DNA of 35,662 bases, taken from an uncultured virus (IMG/VR IMGVR_UViG_3300020050_008348). Lineage: Duplodnaviria > Heunggongvirae > Uroviricota > Caudoviricetes. The DNA lies in the IMG/VR virus record IMGVR_UViG_3300020050_008348. One strand, given 5' to 3'. The position numbers and the translations under genes were made by a program. Each line of letters starts with the position of its first letter. Within the stretch, counting starts at the first letter, position 1. The notes beneath the pieces are model-generated. The model made no database searches. It saw nothing but the letters and a program-made list of their open reading frames with translations, and had not been told where the DNA came from. Shown piece by piece: positions 27,135 through 35,662 of this stretch.

Positions 27135-29549
27135 ATGGCAAGATTTTATCAGACAGTTGACCCACAATTGGTTGACTATACATATAAGCCACCTATTGAA
27201 TTAATGGGTAAGGTGTTAGAGAATACAGATGCAATGATTGATAAATCATTGGGTACACTTGCTGCATTACCAGAAGCTATTAAAGCTAATGGTATAGAAG
27301 GTGTTGATAAAGATAGAGTAGCTGCTTATGTAAAAGATAAAGAAGCTCAAATAGCACAAATCACTCAAACTATTAGAGAGAATCCACTTGAAGCACGTAA
27401 ACAACGTATGGCTATCTCTAAGTTAGCTGGTGACATTAGTAAAGATATGACTAATGGTGAATTAGCTAACATTACAGCTAATCGTAAAACATTTGATACA
27501 TGGTTTGAAGAACAAAAGAAGCGCATGTATGGTAAGGATGAATATGTTACAGCAGAAGATATATCTAATAGGAGACAACGATTATTAAAAGAATGGAATG
27601 AAGGTGGTGGTACATCTTATAAAGATGGATTAGGTAAACAGTTTAATGCAGACCCACTCACATCAGCAGTTAATTTACAAAAAGAAGCTCTTGCTATTGG
27701 TAAAGATGTTAAACCAGACCAATATAGTAATGTAACATTTGATAAAGCTACTAATAGTTATGTACCATTAGGTAATACGTTATTCAAAAGTAGTGACCCA
27801 GCTTATCTTACTAAATATGCTAATACTATTAAAGTATTAAACGAAGATAAAGTAGCTGGTGCTGTAATGGCTAATTTAATGAATCGTCCAGATGTAGTTA
27901 ATTACTATAAGCAGAAAGTAAATGATGCTAAGATATTAGGTCAAAATTATTCAATGGAAGATGCTATTGTTGAAATGACTAATGCTGCTCAAATAGCTGG
28001 TAAGACATTATCATTCCATGAAGAAGATAAGAAAGAAACATTACATGAAAATTGGAGATACCGTGATAATATAAACTTTCAACAAGACTTGTATAAAATG
28101 CGTCTTAAAGAAAGTTGGGATAGAGGTAAAGAAGATAGAGATGCTGCTCGTGCAGATAAAAAGAAAAAAGAAGAAGAAGCACTTGGTGTAGTAGCATCAT
28201 TTGGTGAATTTCAAATACCTACTGAATCTAATTTGGTAGCTATGAAAGGTAATCTTGAAAGTAAACGTACACAATTAGAAAAGCTACAAGCATTAGCTAA
28301 TAGTGGAAAACTAAGTCAATCAGAAATAAATGCTAATAAGTTAACTATTAATAGTTTAACTGAATCTATTAAAAACGATGAAAGTCAATTAGCATACAGT
28401 GGTCGTACAGTACCATATGATATGACTAAGAAGTTCAACGAGTATAAAATATTGACAAGTAAACAAATGATACCATTAGGTAATGGCACATCTAAACCAC
28501 TATCAGAATTAACTAACGATGATATTGGTATAATGTCAACAGATAGAGGTAATAATTTAGGTAAAGCATATACTGAAAAAGAGATTAAACAATTGATAGA
28601 TTTAAAGTTAATGGGCGATAATCCAGATACTTTCGCTAATACATTTTATACTAATCGTTTAAAAACTAATGATAAACTATCTGCTGAAAGATTAACAGGT
28701 ACAAATAAATTATATGATAGAATAGTAGCACCACTAACTGATATGTTAGCAGTAGAAGAAAAAAACTTTACAGCATTAGCACAAACAAACAAACCAATAA
28801 TTGCAGAAGAAGCTATGGCTTTAGTACCAATTAAAGGTAATGATAAAGAATCAGAAGCATATAGACAAGTACGTGGTTATTTAGCTGGTTCAATCTTTAA
28901 AAACATTACAGCATTTAACACGGTGAATAAAGATGGTACTACCACACCTATTAATGATAGTGGGAAAATAACAGTTTTTGATGAAAAAGGTAAAACTAAA
29001 CAAATAGCTACTGCATCATTACTTCAATCAAGTGATAAAACTACTGTTGGTATGTTTAAACTTGATGGTAAAACTGTAACAGTTGCTAAATTTATGGATA
29101 AAGATGGTAAGTTTATTGGTACAGCTATGTTACAAGGTAAAGATGAAAATCAAGAAACTATTGCAAATAGTGTATATGGTACAATAGCTAAGAATTTACA
29201 ACATAGTGATGATAATGTCACAAGACAGTATGCACTTAATGGTGTAGCATCAAGTGAAATTAGTCATATATCAAGAGGATTAAATGCCAATAAAATGGTA
29301 GTAGGACAATCTAATTCTTATACAGATGGTAGTATCAGATATACAACGACTAAAAACAATAATGGTGATTACATACTTAAAGTACAAAGATTAGACGCTA
29401 ATGGTAATTATATAGATGCTAATAGTGATGTTAATAAACTATATCAACAAGCAACAGGTAATCCAAAAGCAGAATTTGACTTTAAAGCTAAAAACAATAC
29501 AGGTTTAGATAAAATTATTTATACTATTCAACAATTAAAAAATCAATAA
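27135..29549 (+). CDS. Virion cargo/ejection protein 2 (putative)
   Basis: 804 aa, helical and charged, with an MARFY...YKPP N-terminus. Lies between cargo 1 and the giant ORF. Confidence 0.55.
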   Translation: MARFYQTVDPQLVDYTYKPPIELMGKVLENTDAMIDKSLGTLAALPEAIKANGIEGVDKDRVAAYVKDKEAQIAQITQTIRENPLEARKQRMAISKLAGDISKDMTNGELANITANRKTFDTWFEEQKKRMYGKDEYVTAEDISNRRQRLLKEWNEGGGTSYKDGLGKQFNADPLTSAVNLQKEALAIGKDVKPDQYSNVTFDKATNSYVPLGNTLFKSSDPAYLTKYANTIKVLNEDKVAGAVMANLMNRPDVVNYYKQKVNDAKILGQNYSMEDAIVEMTNAAQIAGKTLSFHEEDKKETLHENWRYRDNINFQQDLYKMRLKESWDRGKEDRDAARADKKKKEEEALGVVASFGEFQIPTESNLVAMKGNLESKRTQLEKLQALANSGKLSQSEINANKLTINSLTESIKNDESQLAYSGRTVPYDMTKKFNEYKILTSKQMIPLGNGTSKPLSELTNDDIGIMSTDRGNNLGKAYTEKEIKQLIDLKLMGDNPDTFANTFYTNRLKTNDKLSAERLTGTNKLYDRIVAPLTDMLAVEEKNFTALAQTNKPIIAEEAMALVPIKGNDKESEAYRQVRGYLAGSIFKNITAFNTVNKDGTTTPINDSGKITVFDEKGKTKQIATASLLQSSDKTTVGMFKLDGKTVTVAKFMDKDGKFIGTAMLQGKDENQETIANSVYGTIAKNLQHSDDNVTRQYALNGVASSEISHISRGLNANKMVVGQSNSYTDGSIRYTTTKNNNGDYILKVQRLDANGNYIDANSDVNKLYQQATGNPKAEFDFKAKNNTGLDKIIYTIQQLKNQ

Positions 29550-32500
29550 TGGGAAAAGTAAAAGGTGTAAGTACAGAACCTGTAAATAATATAAATCCAT
29601 TTAAAGAATCTGAACAACACTACGACCAGTTATCTGGTGGTGGTGTTTCTGGTGTAGGTAATAATACTGTTAATACTGATACTGCTGAATTAGCAAAGTT
29701 TCAAGATACTTATGGAGCTAATACAAGTGTTAACTTACTTAATCCAACACAAGTAGCTACTGATGAACAACAAGCTAATAGTGGTGCTTGGAATTGGACT
29801 AAGACAACATTAGCTAAAACACTTGGTAAAGGTGTATTAGGTCTTGGTGAATTAGCTGGTTATGTTGTAAATGTACAAGATTGGGGTATTCAAAATCTAT
29901 GGGGTGGGAAAGTAGATAATCCTTCTAATGCTTTTTCTGAATGGTTTAGAAATAAATCAAAGAAGATAGATGAAAACTATAAGTATAATACAGAAGAAGG
30001 TAAATTAGATATGGGTGATGTAGGTGAGGGTATTTCATCTACACTTAGTAGTACAATACAATTTCTACCATTAGGATTTGGTGTAGGTGGATTATTTGGT
30101 AAAGCATTTGCTGGTATGAAACTTGGTGAAGAAGCTGCATTTATTGGTAGTATGGTTACTATGAATAGAGCAGAAGCACAACAAGCATCAATGGGTGTAT
30201 ATGATAAAGTATTACAAGAACAAACAGCTAAATATGGTAATACGCCAGAAGGTGTAGCTAAAGCTAAAGAAGATGCTGTCAATGCTTACAATACTACAAG
30301 TAATTTGTACGCACTAAATATGATGTTTAATGCAACAAGTACAGCCAAGTTCCTTAAAGGTAATCCATTTGGTATTACACGAATTGAGCGTGAACTTACA
30401 GGACGTAAGTTAAAGAAAGAATTACTAAGTGAAGGTTTACAAGAAGCAGCAGAAGAAGGTATTTCTAATGTATGGGAGAAAGCTGGTGAAGCAGTTGGTA
30501 AAGGTAAATCTATCAAAGACTATTTCTATAATAATGGTAATGTATTTAGTAGTGATGCAGCTAAAGAGTTAGTATCAAAAGATACATTTGAAAATGCTTT
30601 TTGGGGTGCTATTGGTGGTGTCACTAATACAGCAGGTCAACATATTGTAAACAACATTCGTAAAGTAGAAGGTACTGATGGTGTAAGACGCACATACAAT
30701 CAAGAACAAGATAGATTGTTTACTGTATGGGATTCAGCTAAAAAGTCATTGGAGAACATTAGTGCTAATCCAAGTGATGTGTTGAATATTACACATTCAC
30801 AAGAACAGATTAATACTAAGTTTAATGAAATAAACGTGTTGCAAGAATCAGCAGCTAAAGCATATCAAGTTGGTGATAAAGCAACAGGTGATAGTTTTAC
30901 TGAACAAGCTAATGAACTTAAAGCTAAAATAGTAGAATATCAAGCATATACATCGTTTCAAACAGGTACTACTAAAACATTGCTTGACCAATACGATAAT
31001 ATTAATCGTATGTCTGAGCAAGACGCTACTGATAAAGGTTTAGTAGTAGATGTTCGAGCAGATGGTTCTTATAGTGAAGAAGATTATCGTGTTAAATCAG
31101 CTAATGCTAAACAGACTATTATAGAATCTGAAAAGGCTTATAATGCTTCAAAAGGTTATTTGAATAGCGATACTGTATTTAATGGTATTATGTCTATTAA
31201 ACAATTGGAAAAAGCAGTAGCTAAATTAAAAACACAATCTGATATTGCTAATACTATTGCTAAAACAGATATACTCAATGATGAAGAACTGAAAGGAAAA
31301 CTTACAGTACCGAGTGCTGTGGAAGGTGATGCCAACTCCACTACTATTGATATTAGTGGGAAATCACTGTTGTCCGATGAACAAAAAGTTGTTGCAGATA
31401 GTGTTCGTACAGAAGCAACTGGTAAATATGAATCAGTAAAAAATAGCAATGAATTAAATCAACGTTTAGAAGATGTACAAAAAGCATTAATTCAACAACG
31501 TGTTACATTACAAGAAGCTACAAGCAAGCAAACACAAAAGCTATTAGTGCGCCAACAAGTATTTATAAAAGAACTTGGTACTAATAAAACCGATGTTAAT
31601 GAATTAATTGAGAAATATAGTGAAAAAGGTGATTCTAAAATAACTAAAGAGTTTAATGAATCATTGGTACAACTTGGTAAAGTAGTAGACGCTCGTCAAG
31701 AAACACAACGTAAGCGTAATGTTTTAGCTGAACGTAATAAAGTTAAACAACAAACTGCACAAACAGCAATAGCTACTACTACACCTGTATCACAAGAACA
31801 ACAAGCAGAACAAGCTAATACACGTACAACTAATATGCTTACTGGTAATACTGGTGAGGAACTTGGTAATCCTACTGATTTAGGTTGGGCTAATGAAGGT
31901 GATATACCAGTAGATGTAGGTGAAGATTATGGTGAAATGACTGATTTCATTCAAAGAAATGAAGAATCAGAAATATCAGAAGAATTTGGTGAACCTTCTA
32001 CTTATGTAGATGAAACAAATGCTAATAACACACCAAATCAAGAGTTTTCACCAGAGACAGTTAATGCTCTTGGAGCTTATTATAATCCTAATCAATCAAA
32101 GAATCCATCTTTTGCACAAGCTATTGATGATAAGATTGAAGAATTAAATAAGTTAAAGAACTTACTAACAGCATTACATAATGATGGTTTTGAGAATCCT
32201 ACTATCTTTACAGCAGGACAAGTGTTACGTACATGGGTAAAAAATGAAGGAGTATTTAAAGGTATTATGGAACGTATGTTCAAAGTATATACTATTGATA
32301 ATGACCTTAATATGGATTTTCCAAGATTCTGGTCTATTGTCAATAGTGATGATGTTAATGAACAAAATGTGAGTGATGTAGATTCTAATGAAGTAAGAAA
32401 TGAGATTGATAGAATAGTAGAACAACACTTTACTTATGACAATACATATCCTACTAACAAATTAGCATATCTTACTCAGAACTTTACACGTAACGCAGAT

Positions 32501-35500
32501 GGTACTATAACCAATGGTTCTATATTACCAGAGTATTTGTATGTACTAAACCCAAATAATGTACATACTGGTACTGGTATTAACCTATCTTATGGTGATT
32601 TTAATAAAGAGTTTGATTGGGTAAATAAACAAGGTAATAAAGTTAAAGCTACATTCAATGATTATGCTGAACAACGTGGTTGGAAACCAGATAGTCAAGA
32701 ATGGAAAGATAATGTACCTATTGCTATTACTGATGATAAAGGTGTATTGATTGGTTATGTACATAAAGTATCATTTGCATTTAGTCAAAATATTGATAGT
32801 GTACGTGCATATAGAAATTTAATTGTACAATCTACTAAAGAAGATGGTACACTTGATTTAAAAGGTAAAATTAGTAGTGTCGGTGATGGTGAATTACTAT
32901 TTGGTGATGTAGCTAAATCACTTAATCAAGCTAATCAAGAATGGCAGGTTGGTACAATGCGTTCAGATGCGTTTTATAATTCAGATGGACAAATTATACC
33001 TAATGAACAAATATACAATAAGAACTTTAATCCTCCATTTGGTAAGATTTACGACTTACGTTGGATTAAAAATAATGAAGATGGTAAGCCTGTATATGTT
33101 GCTTTACCTATTGACCAAACACGTCTTGACAACAAACAAGTAGATATGCTCGTCAAAGCTGTTGAAATTTATGTCCGTCAAGATGTTGACAATCCAATCG
33201 TTGCTCAAATCAAAAATGAAACAGGATTCTCAATTCTTGAAGCAGAAAATCTTGAAAAGTTCTTTAACTTGTATATTAATACATTCAAGTTAAATCGTGT
33301 TGATAGAGAAGGTTCAGTACATGAGATAGCTACACGTAATATTCATAAAGGTAGCGGTACACCGTATGTTACGTTTGTAGCAGCAACAGGTATTATATCA
33401 TTTGGTAATACAGGTAGTAAAACATATAATAGTACTAAAGTAGGTGACACTAACTTAGGATTAACTTTAGTTAATCTACGTAATATACTTGAACAAAAGA
33501 AATCACATACTAAAGTTGATTATCTTAAAGATAATAAGAAAATAGTTTATCTTGAAAATGGTCAAATTACAAGTAAATTGTATAAAGAACATGTTGGAGA
33601 ACAGTTAAAAACTAATATTAATAGTATTAATGTTAATGAAGGTTTAAAGAACTCCGATGGTACTGATGTAAAACCATTAATGGTTACTATGATTCAACCT
33701 GTAATTAGGTTTGATGTAGATTTTGGATATGATAATCAAGTGTCAACAGATAAAAGTGATGTAGTTGAGGGTGTTGCTAATACGATTCCCACTAATAGTA
33801 ATGATAGTGGAGCTTCATCAAGCACAGATGAACTCACACTACTTGCATCTGAATTTGACTTAACTGATATGGATTTCGACTTACCAGTAGATAGTTCATT
33901 CAGTCCAGTAATTGCTACTGATGTTAGTAGTCAGTTAGAAACACTTATGTCTGAACATAAGGTTACTGGTATATCTCTTGGTCAACAATATCAATTAGTA
34001 GATTATCTATACAACGAAGCATCATTTGAACTTAATCAAAAAGGTAATTTAGAAGGTAAACAAGTACTTGAATCACTCACTGATAAATTAGGATTCTTTA
34101 TTGATGGTGCTACTGCTAAAACTCGTAGTATAATAGCTAAACTTACAGCATTTAAAGAGAAAATAGCTTCAATACCAACAGAAGAAGCTGTTGCTAAATT
34201 TAATCAAGTAACTGATTTAATAGCATATCACAATAAGAACTTAGGTGTATTAGAAGGTTTACGTACAGAACAAGAACAATCTAAATTATTTACACAAGCA
34301 TTTGATAAATTGATTCAACTCACTGGTGCTAAAGTTAAACGTAAAGGTACTAAGGTTAAAACACAAGACCCTACTACTATTCAAGAGATAGAAGGTAGTA
34401 ATCTTACTATTGAAGATACTAAAGAAGATGATATTACAGTAGAGGAACAATCAGAAAAGATTTACAGTAAACAAGGCTTTGAAGAAAATCCAGCAGATAG
34501 TATTAGTTTCAAACTAAAACGCTTTATGTCAGGTATCAATCAGGTTGGTACTGATGGTAAAACTAAATATGGATTCTTAGATGTACCTCTATTTGTAGAT
34601 TTCAAAGAGTGTTTTTCAGTGGTTAAGAGTTTAACAGCTAATACTCCGAGTGATTATCAACTAATGATTGATAAATTGAGTGATAAATATGAGCAATATC
34701 CTTTCTTACGTCAATTTGTAGAACGTATGAATACTCAACCAAAGGATATTAAAAATCAATTTGTTACAGCAATGTCACAAGGTACTGTTAATATGACTTT
34801 TGTAACCTACAAAGCTACAACAGATGGTATTACTATTAGTACATTTAATGCTAATTCATCTAATAAGCAACAAGTTATATTTGAGAATTGGAATAGTGCA
34901 TCATTCGGTACAGATTTAGTAACTAATATTGATGGTAAATGGCAAGTTAATCAAGAGAAAGCTAATGAGATTAGAGAAATCTATAAAGAGTGGACACCTC
35001 GTCTCGTTGCTAAAAAATATGATGTAACTAAACCAGAAATGGTAGCAGAAGAAGCTAAATATTTACAAGATTTTTTGAAACGATTTGGTATAGATTTACA
35101 TGATAAAGTTGCTACTTTAATTGTTAGTGGGGAACTTACTGTCAATGGTAAGAAAATACCTTACAGAAATCAGTTAAGTAATGCTAATGTTACAGGTAGA
35201 TTGATATATGAACTTACAGCAGCATTATCTAATACAGATATAGTTGATGGTGATTCTATATTACGTAGAACTAACTTTGTAAGCACATTAGTACGTAATG
35301 AATCATTTTATAATAAATATGTAGAAGCTAATTCGTTTAGAGCGGAAGATAAACAAATATACAACTATACTAATAACCACTATGCTTTTGATAGAGTAAG
35401 AGAATTAGTAAGTGATGCTAACTTACGTGATGAATATAGAAGTACATCATTCGCTAAGAATAGTATGTATCTTCAATTGTTGGAGTTACAACAATTTAAA

Positions 35501-35662
35501 GACTTGTTTCAAGTAGAAATATTAAGTCCTGTTGCACTTAAAGATTTATTAGGAGAATCATTTGGTGATAAAGACATTCAGTCTTTATCAGATATTGACC
35601 ATGAGATAACTAAATTAGCTGCATTTACATCTACTAAAGGTGAATCTGAAATAATAATGAAT
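29549..35662 (+). CDS. Giant virion protein (at least 2038 aa, 3'-truncated): ejection-protein-like N-terminus, probably continuing into the virion RNA polymerase
   Basis: ATG overlaps the previous stop (TAATG). Translation starts MGKVKGVSTEP and ends ...ESEIIMN at the window edge. No stop in the parts I translated, and its absence from the ORF track fits a frame with no stop. Gly-rich hydrophobic segments (FLPLGFGVGGLFGKAFAG, AFWGAIGG) and an EGLQEAAEEG motif. Position matches the crAss-like RNAP cluster. Catalytic motif not seen in the window. Confidence 0.8.
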   Translation, partial: MGKVKGVSTEPVNNINPFKESEQHYDQLSGGGVSGVGNNTVNTDTAELAKFQDTYGANTSVNLLNPTQVATDEQQANSGAWNWTKTTLAKTLGKGVLGLGELAGYVVNVQDWGIQNLWGGKVDNPSNAFSEWFRNKSKKIDENYKYNTEEGKLDMGDVGEGISSTLSSTIQFLPLGFGVGGLFGKAFAGMKLGEEAAFIGSMVTMNRAEAQQASMGVYDKVLQEQTAKYGNTPEGVAKAKEDAVNAYNTTSNLYALNMMFNATSTAKFLKGNPFGITRIERELTGRKLKKELLSEGLQEAAEEGISNVWEKAGEAVGKGKSIKDYFYNNGNVFSSDAAKELVSKDTFENAFWGAIGGVTNTAGQHIVNNIRKVEGTDGVRRTYNQEQDRLFTVWDSAKKSLENISANPSDVLNITHSQEQINTKFNEINVLQESAAKAYQVGDKATGDSFTEQANELKAKIVEYQAYTSFQTGTTKTLLDQYDNINRMSEQDATDKGLVVDVRADGSYSEEDYRVKSANAKQTIIESEKAYNASKGYLNSDTVFNGIMSIKQLEKAVAKLKTQSDIANTIAKTDILNDEELKGKLTVPSAVEGDANSTTIDISGKSLLSDEQKVVADSVRTEATGKYESVKNSNELNQRLEDVQKALIQQRVTLQEATSKQTQKLLVRQQVFIKELGTNKTDVNELIEKYSEKGDSKITKEFNESLVQLGKVVDARQETQRKRNVLAERNKVKQQTAQTAIATTTPVSQEQQAEQANTRTTNMLTGNTGEELGNPTDLGWANEGDIPVDVGEDYGEMTDFIQRNEESEISEEFGEPSTYVDETNANNTPNQEFSPETVNALGAYYNPNQSKNPSFAQAIDDKIEELNKLKNLLTALHNDGFENPTIFTAGQVLRTWVKNEGVFKGIMERMFKVYTIDNDLNMDFPRFWSIVNSDDVNEQNVSDVDSNEVRNEIDRIVEQHFTYDNTYPTNKLAYLTQNFTRNADGTITNGSILPEYLYVLNPNNVHTGTGINLSYGDFNKEFDWVNKQGNKVKATFNDYAEQRGWKPDSQEWKDNVPIAITDDKGVLIGYVHKVSFAFSQNIDSVRAYRNLIVQSTKEDGTLDLKGKISSVGDGELLFGDVAKSLNQANQEWQVGTMRSDAFYNSDGQIIPNEQIYNKNFNPPFGKIYDLRWIKNNEDGKPVYVALPIDQTRLDNKQVDMLVKAVEIYVRQDVDNPIVAQIKNETGFSILEAENLEKFFNLYINTFKLNRVDREGSVHEIATRNIHKGSGTPYVTFVAATGIISFGNTGSKTYNSTKVGDTNLGLTLVNLRNILEQKKSHTKVDYLKDNKKIVYLENGQITSKLYKEHVGEQLKTNINSINVNEGLKNSDGTDVKPLMVTMIQPVIRFDVDFGYDNQVSTDKSDVVEGVANTIPTNSNDSGASSSTDELTLLASEFDLTDMDFDLPVDSSFSPVIATDVSSQLETLMSEHKVTGISLGQQYQLVDYLYNEASFELNQKGNLEGKQVLESLTDKLGFFIDGATAKTRSIIAKLTAFKEKIASIPTEEAVAKFNQVTDLIAYHNKNLGVLEGLRTEQEQSKLFTQAFDKLIQLTGAKVKRKGTKVKTQDPTTIQEIEGSNLTIEDTKEDDITVEEQSEKIYSKQGFEENPADSISFKLKRFMSGINQVGTDGKTKYGFLDVPLFVDFKECFSVVKSLTANTPSDYQLMIDKLSDKYEQYPFLRQFVERMNTQPKDIKNQFVTAMSQGTVNMTFVTYKATTDGITISTFNANSSNKQQVIFENWNSASFGTDLVTNIDGKWQVNQEKANEIREIYKEWTPRLVAKKYDVTKPEMVAEEAKYLQDFLKRFGIDLHDKVATLIVSGELTVNGKKIPYRNQLSNANVTGRLIYELTAALSNTDIVDGDSILRRTNFVSTLVRNESFYNKYVEANSFRAEDKQIYNYTNNHYAFDRVRELVSDANLRDEYRSTSFAKNSMYLQLLELQQFKDLFQVEILSPVALKDLLGESFGDKDIQSLSDIDHEITKLAAFTSTKGESEIIMN

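Larger units (their letters stand above)
1176..35135. repeat. Dispersed repeat family with core TTCCCACTA / TAGTGGGAA
   Basis: Exact 9-mers at 5846, 14749, 26456, 33786 (TTCCCACTA) and 8611, 9782, 18433, 19660, 22855, 28958, 31354 (TAGTGGGAA). Variants at 1176, 5903, 14808, 16163, 21879 and 35125. Confidence 0.85.

Noticed and set aside
2904..33143. Short minus-strand and alternative-frame ORFs in the track (e.g. 2904-3266, 10080-10484, 25845-26147, 29977-30282, 31156-31449, 32949-33143)
   Set aside because: They overlap long + strand genes with coherent codon bias and have shadow-ORF composition without recognisable motifs.
5841..33829. CRISPR array or mini-array interpretation of the TTCCCACTA repeats, given the nearby Cas4-like nuclease
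   Set aside because: Copies are kilobases apart, in both orientations, without regular repeat-spacer periodicity. The nuclease lacks the four-Cys Fe-S motif of true Cas4.
33700..33900. FDVDF and DMDFDLP as the RNA polymerase catalytic motif
   Set aside because: They lie at the edge of, or inside, an acidic low-complexity linker and lack the conserved context of the DFDID active site.
3..35662. Stop-codon reassignment (TAG or TGA recoding known in some crAss-like phages)
   Set aside because: Coding density is near complete under the standard code, and multi-kilobase ORFs contain no internal TAG or TGA.

Overview
AT-rich, gene-dense segment with all credible genes on the + strand. It reads as the virion (late) module of a crAss-like phage (Crassvirales) using the standard genetic code, probably infecting a Bacteroidota host. 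Gene order: terminase large subunit (5'-truncated), portal, scaffold-like protein, major capsid protein, three conserved head/neck genes, a variable fibre/adhesin/membrane-protein block (about 8.7-18.7 kb), a PD-(D/E)xK nuclease behind a host-type promoter, ring/IHF-like/tail-tubular/muzzle genes, two cargo (ejection) proteins, and a giant ORF of at least 2038 codons (29549 to the window end) that is absent from the supplied ORF track and is probably a cargo/virion RNA polymerase polyprotein. The least explained signal is a dispersed repeat family with core TTCCCACTA/TAGTGGGAA. I found 11 exact copies plus variants. It forms long hairpins at gene boundaries and also sits in both orientations inside coding sequences, in places as a 27-45 bp conserved element. 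One hairpin copy encodes the hydrophobic core of an apparent Sec signal peptide on a 1543-aa tailspike-like protein. Product calls rest on motif recognition and synteny only; no searches were run.
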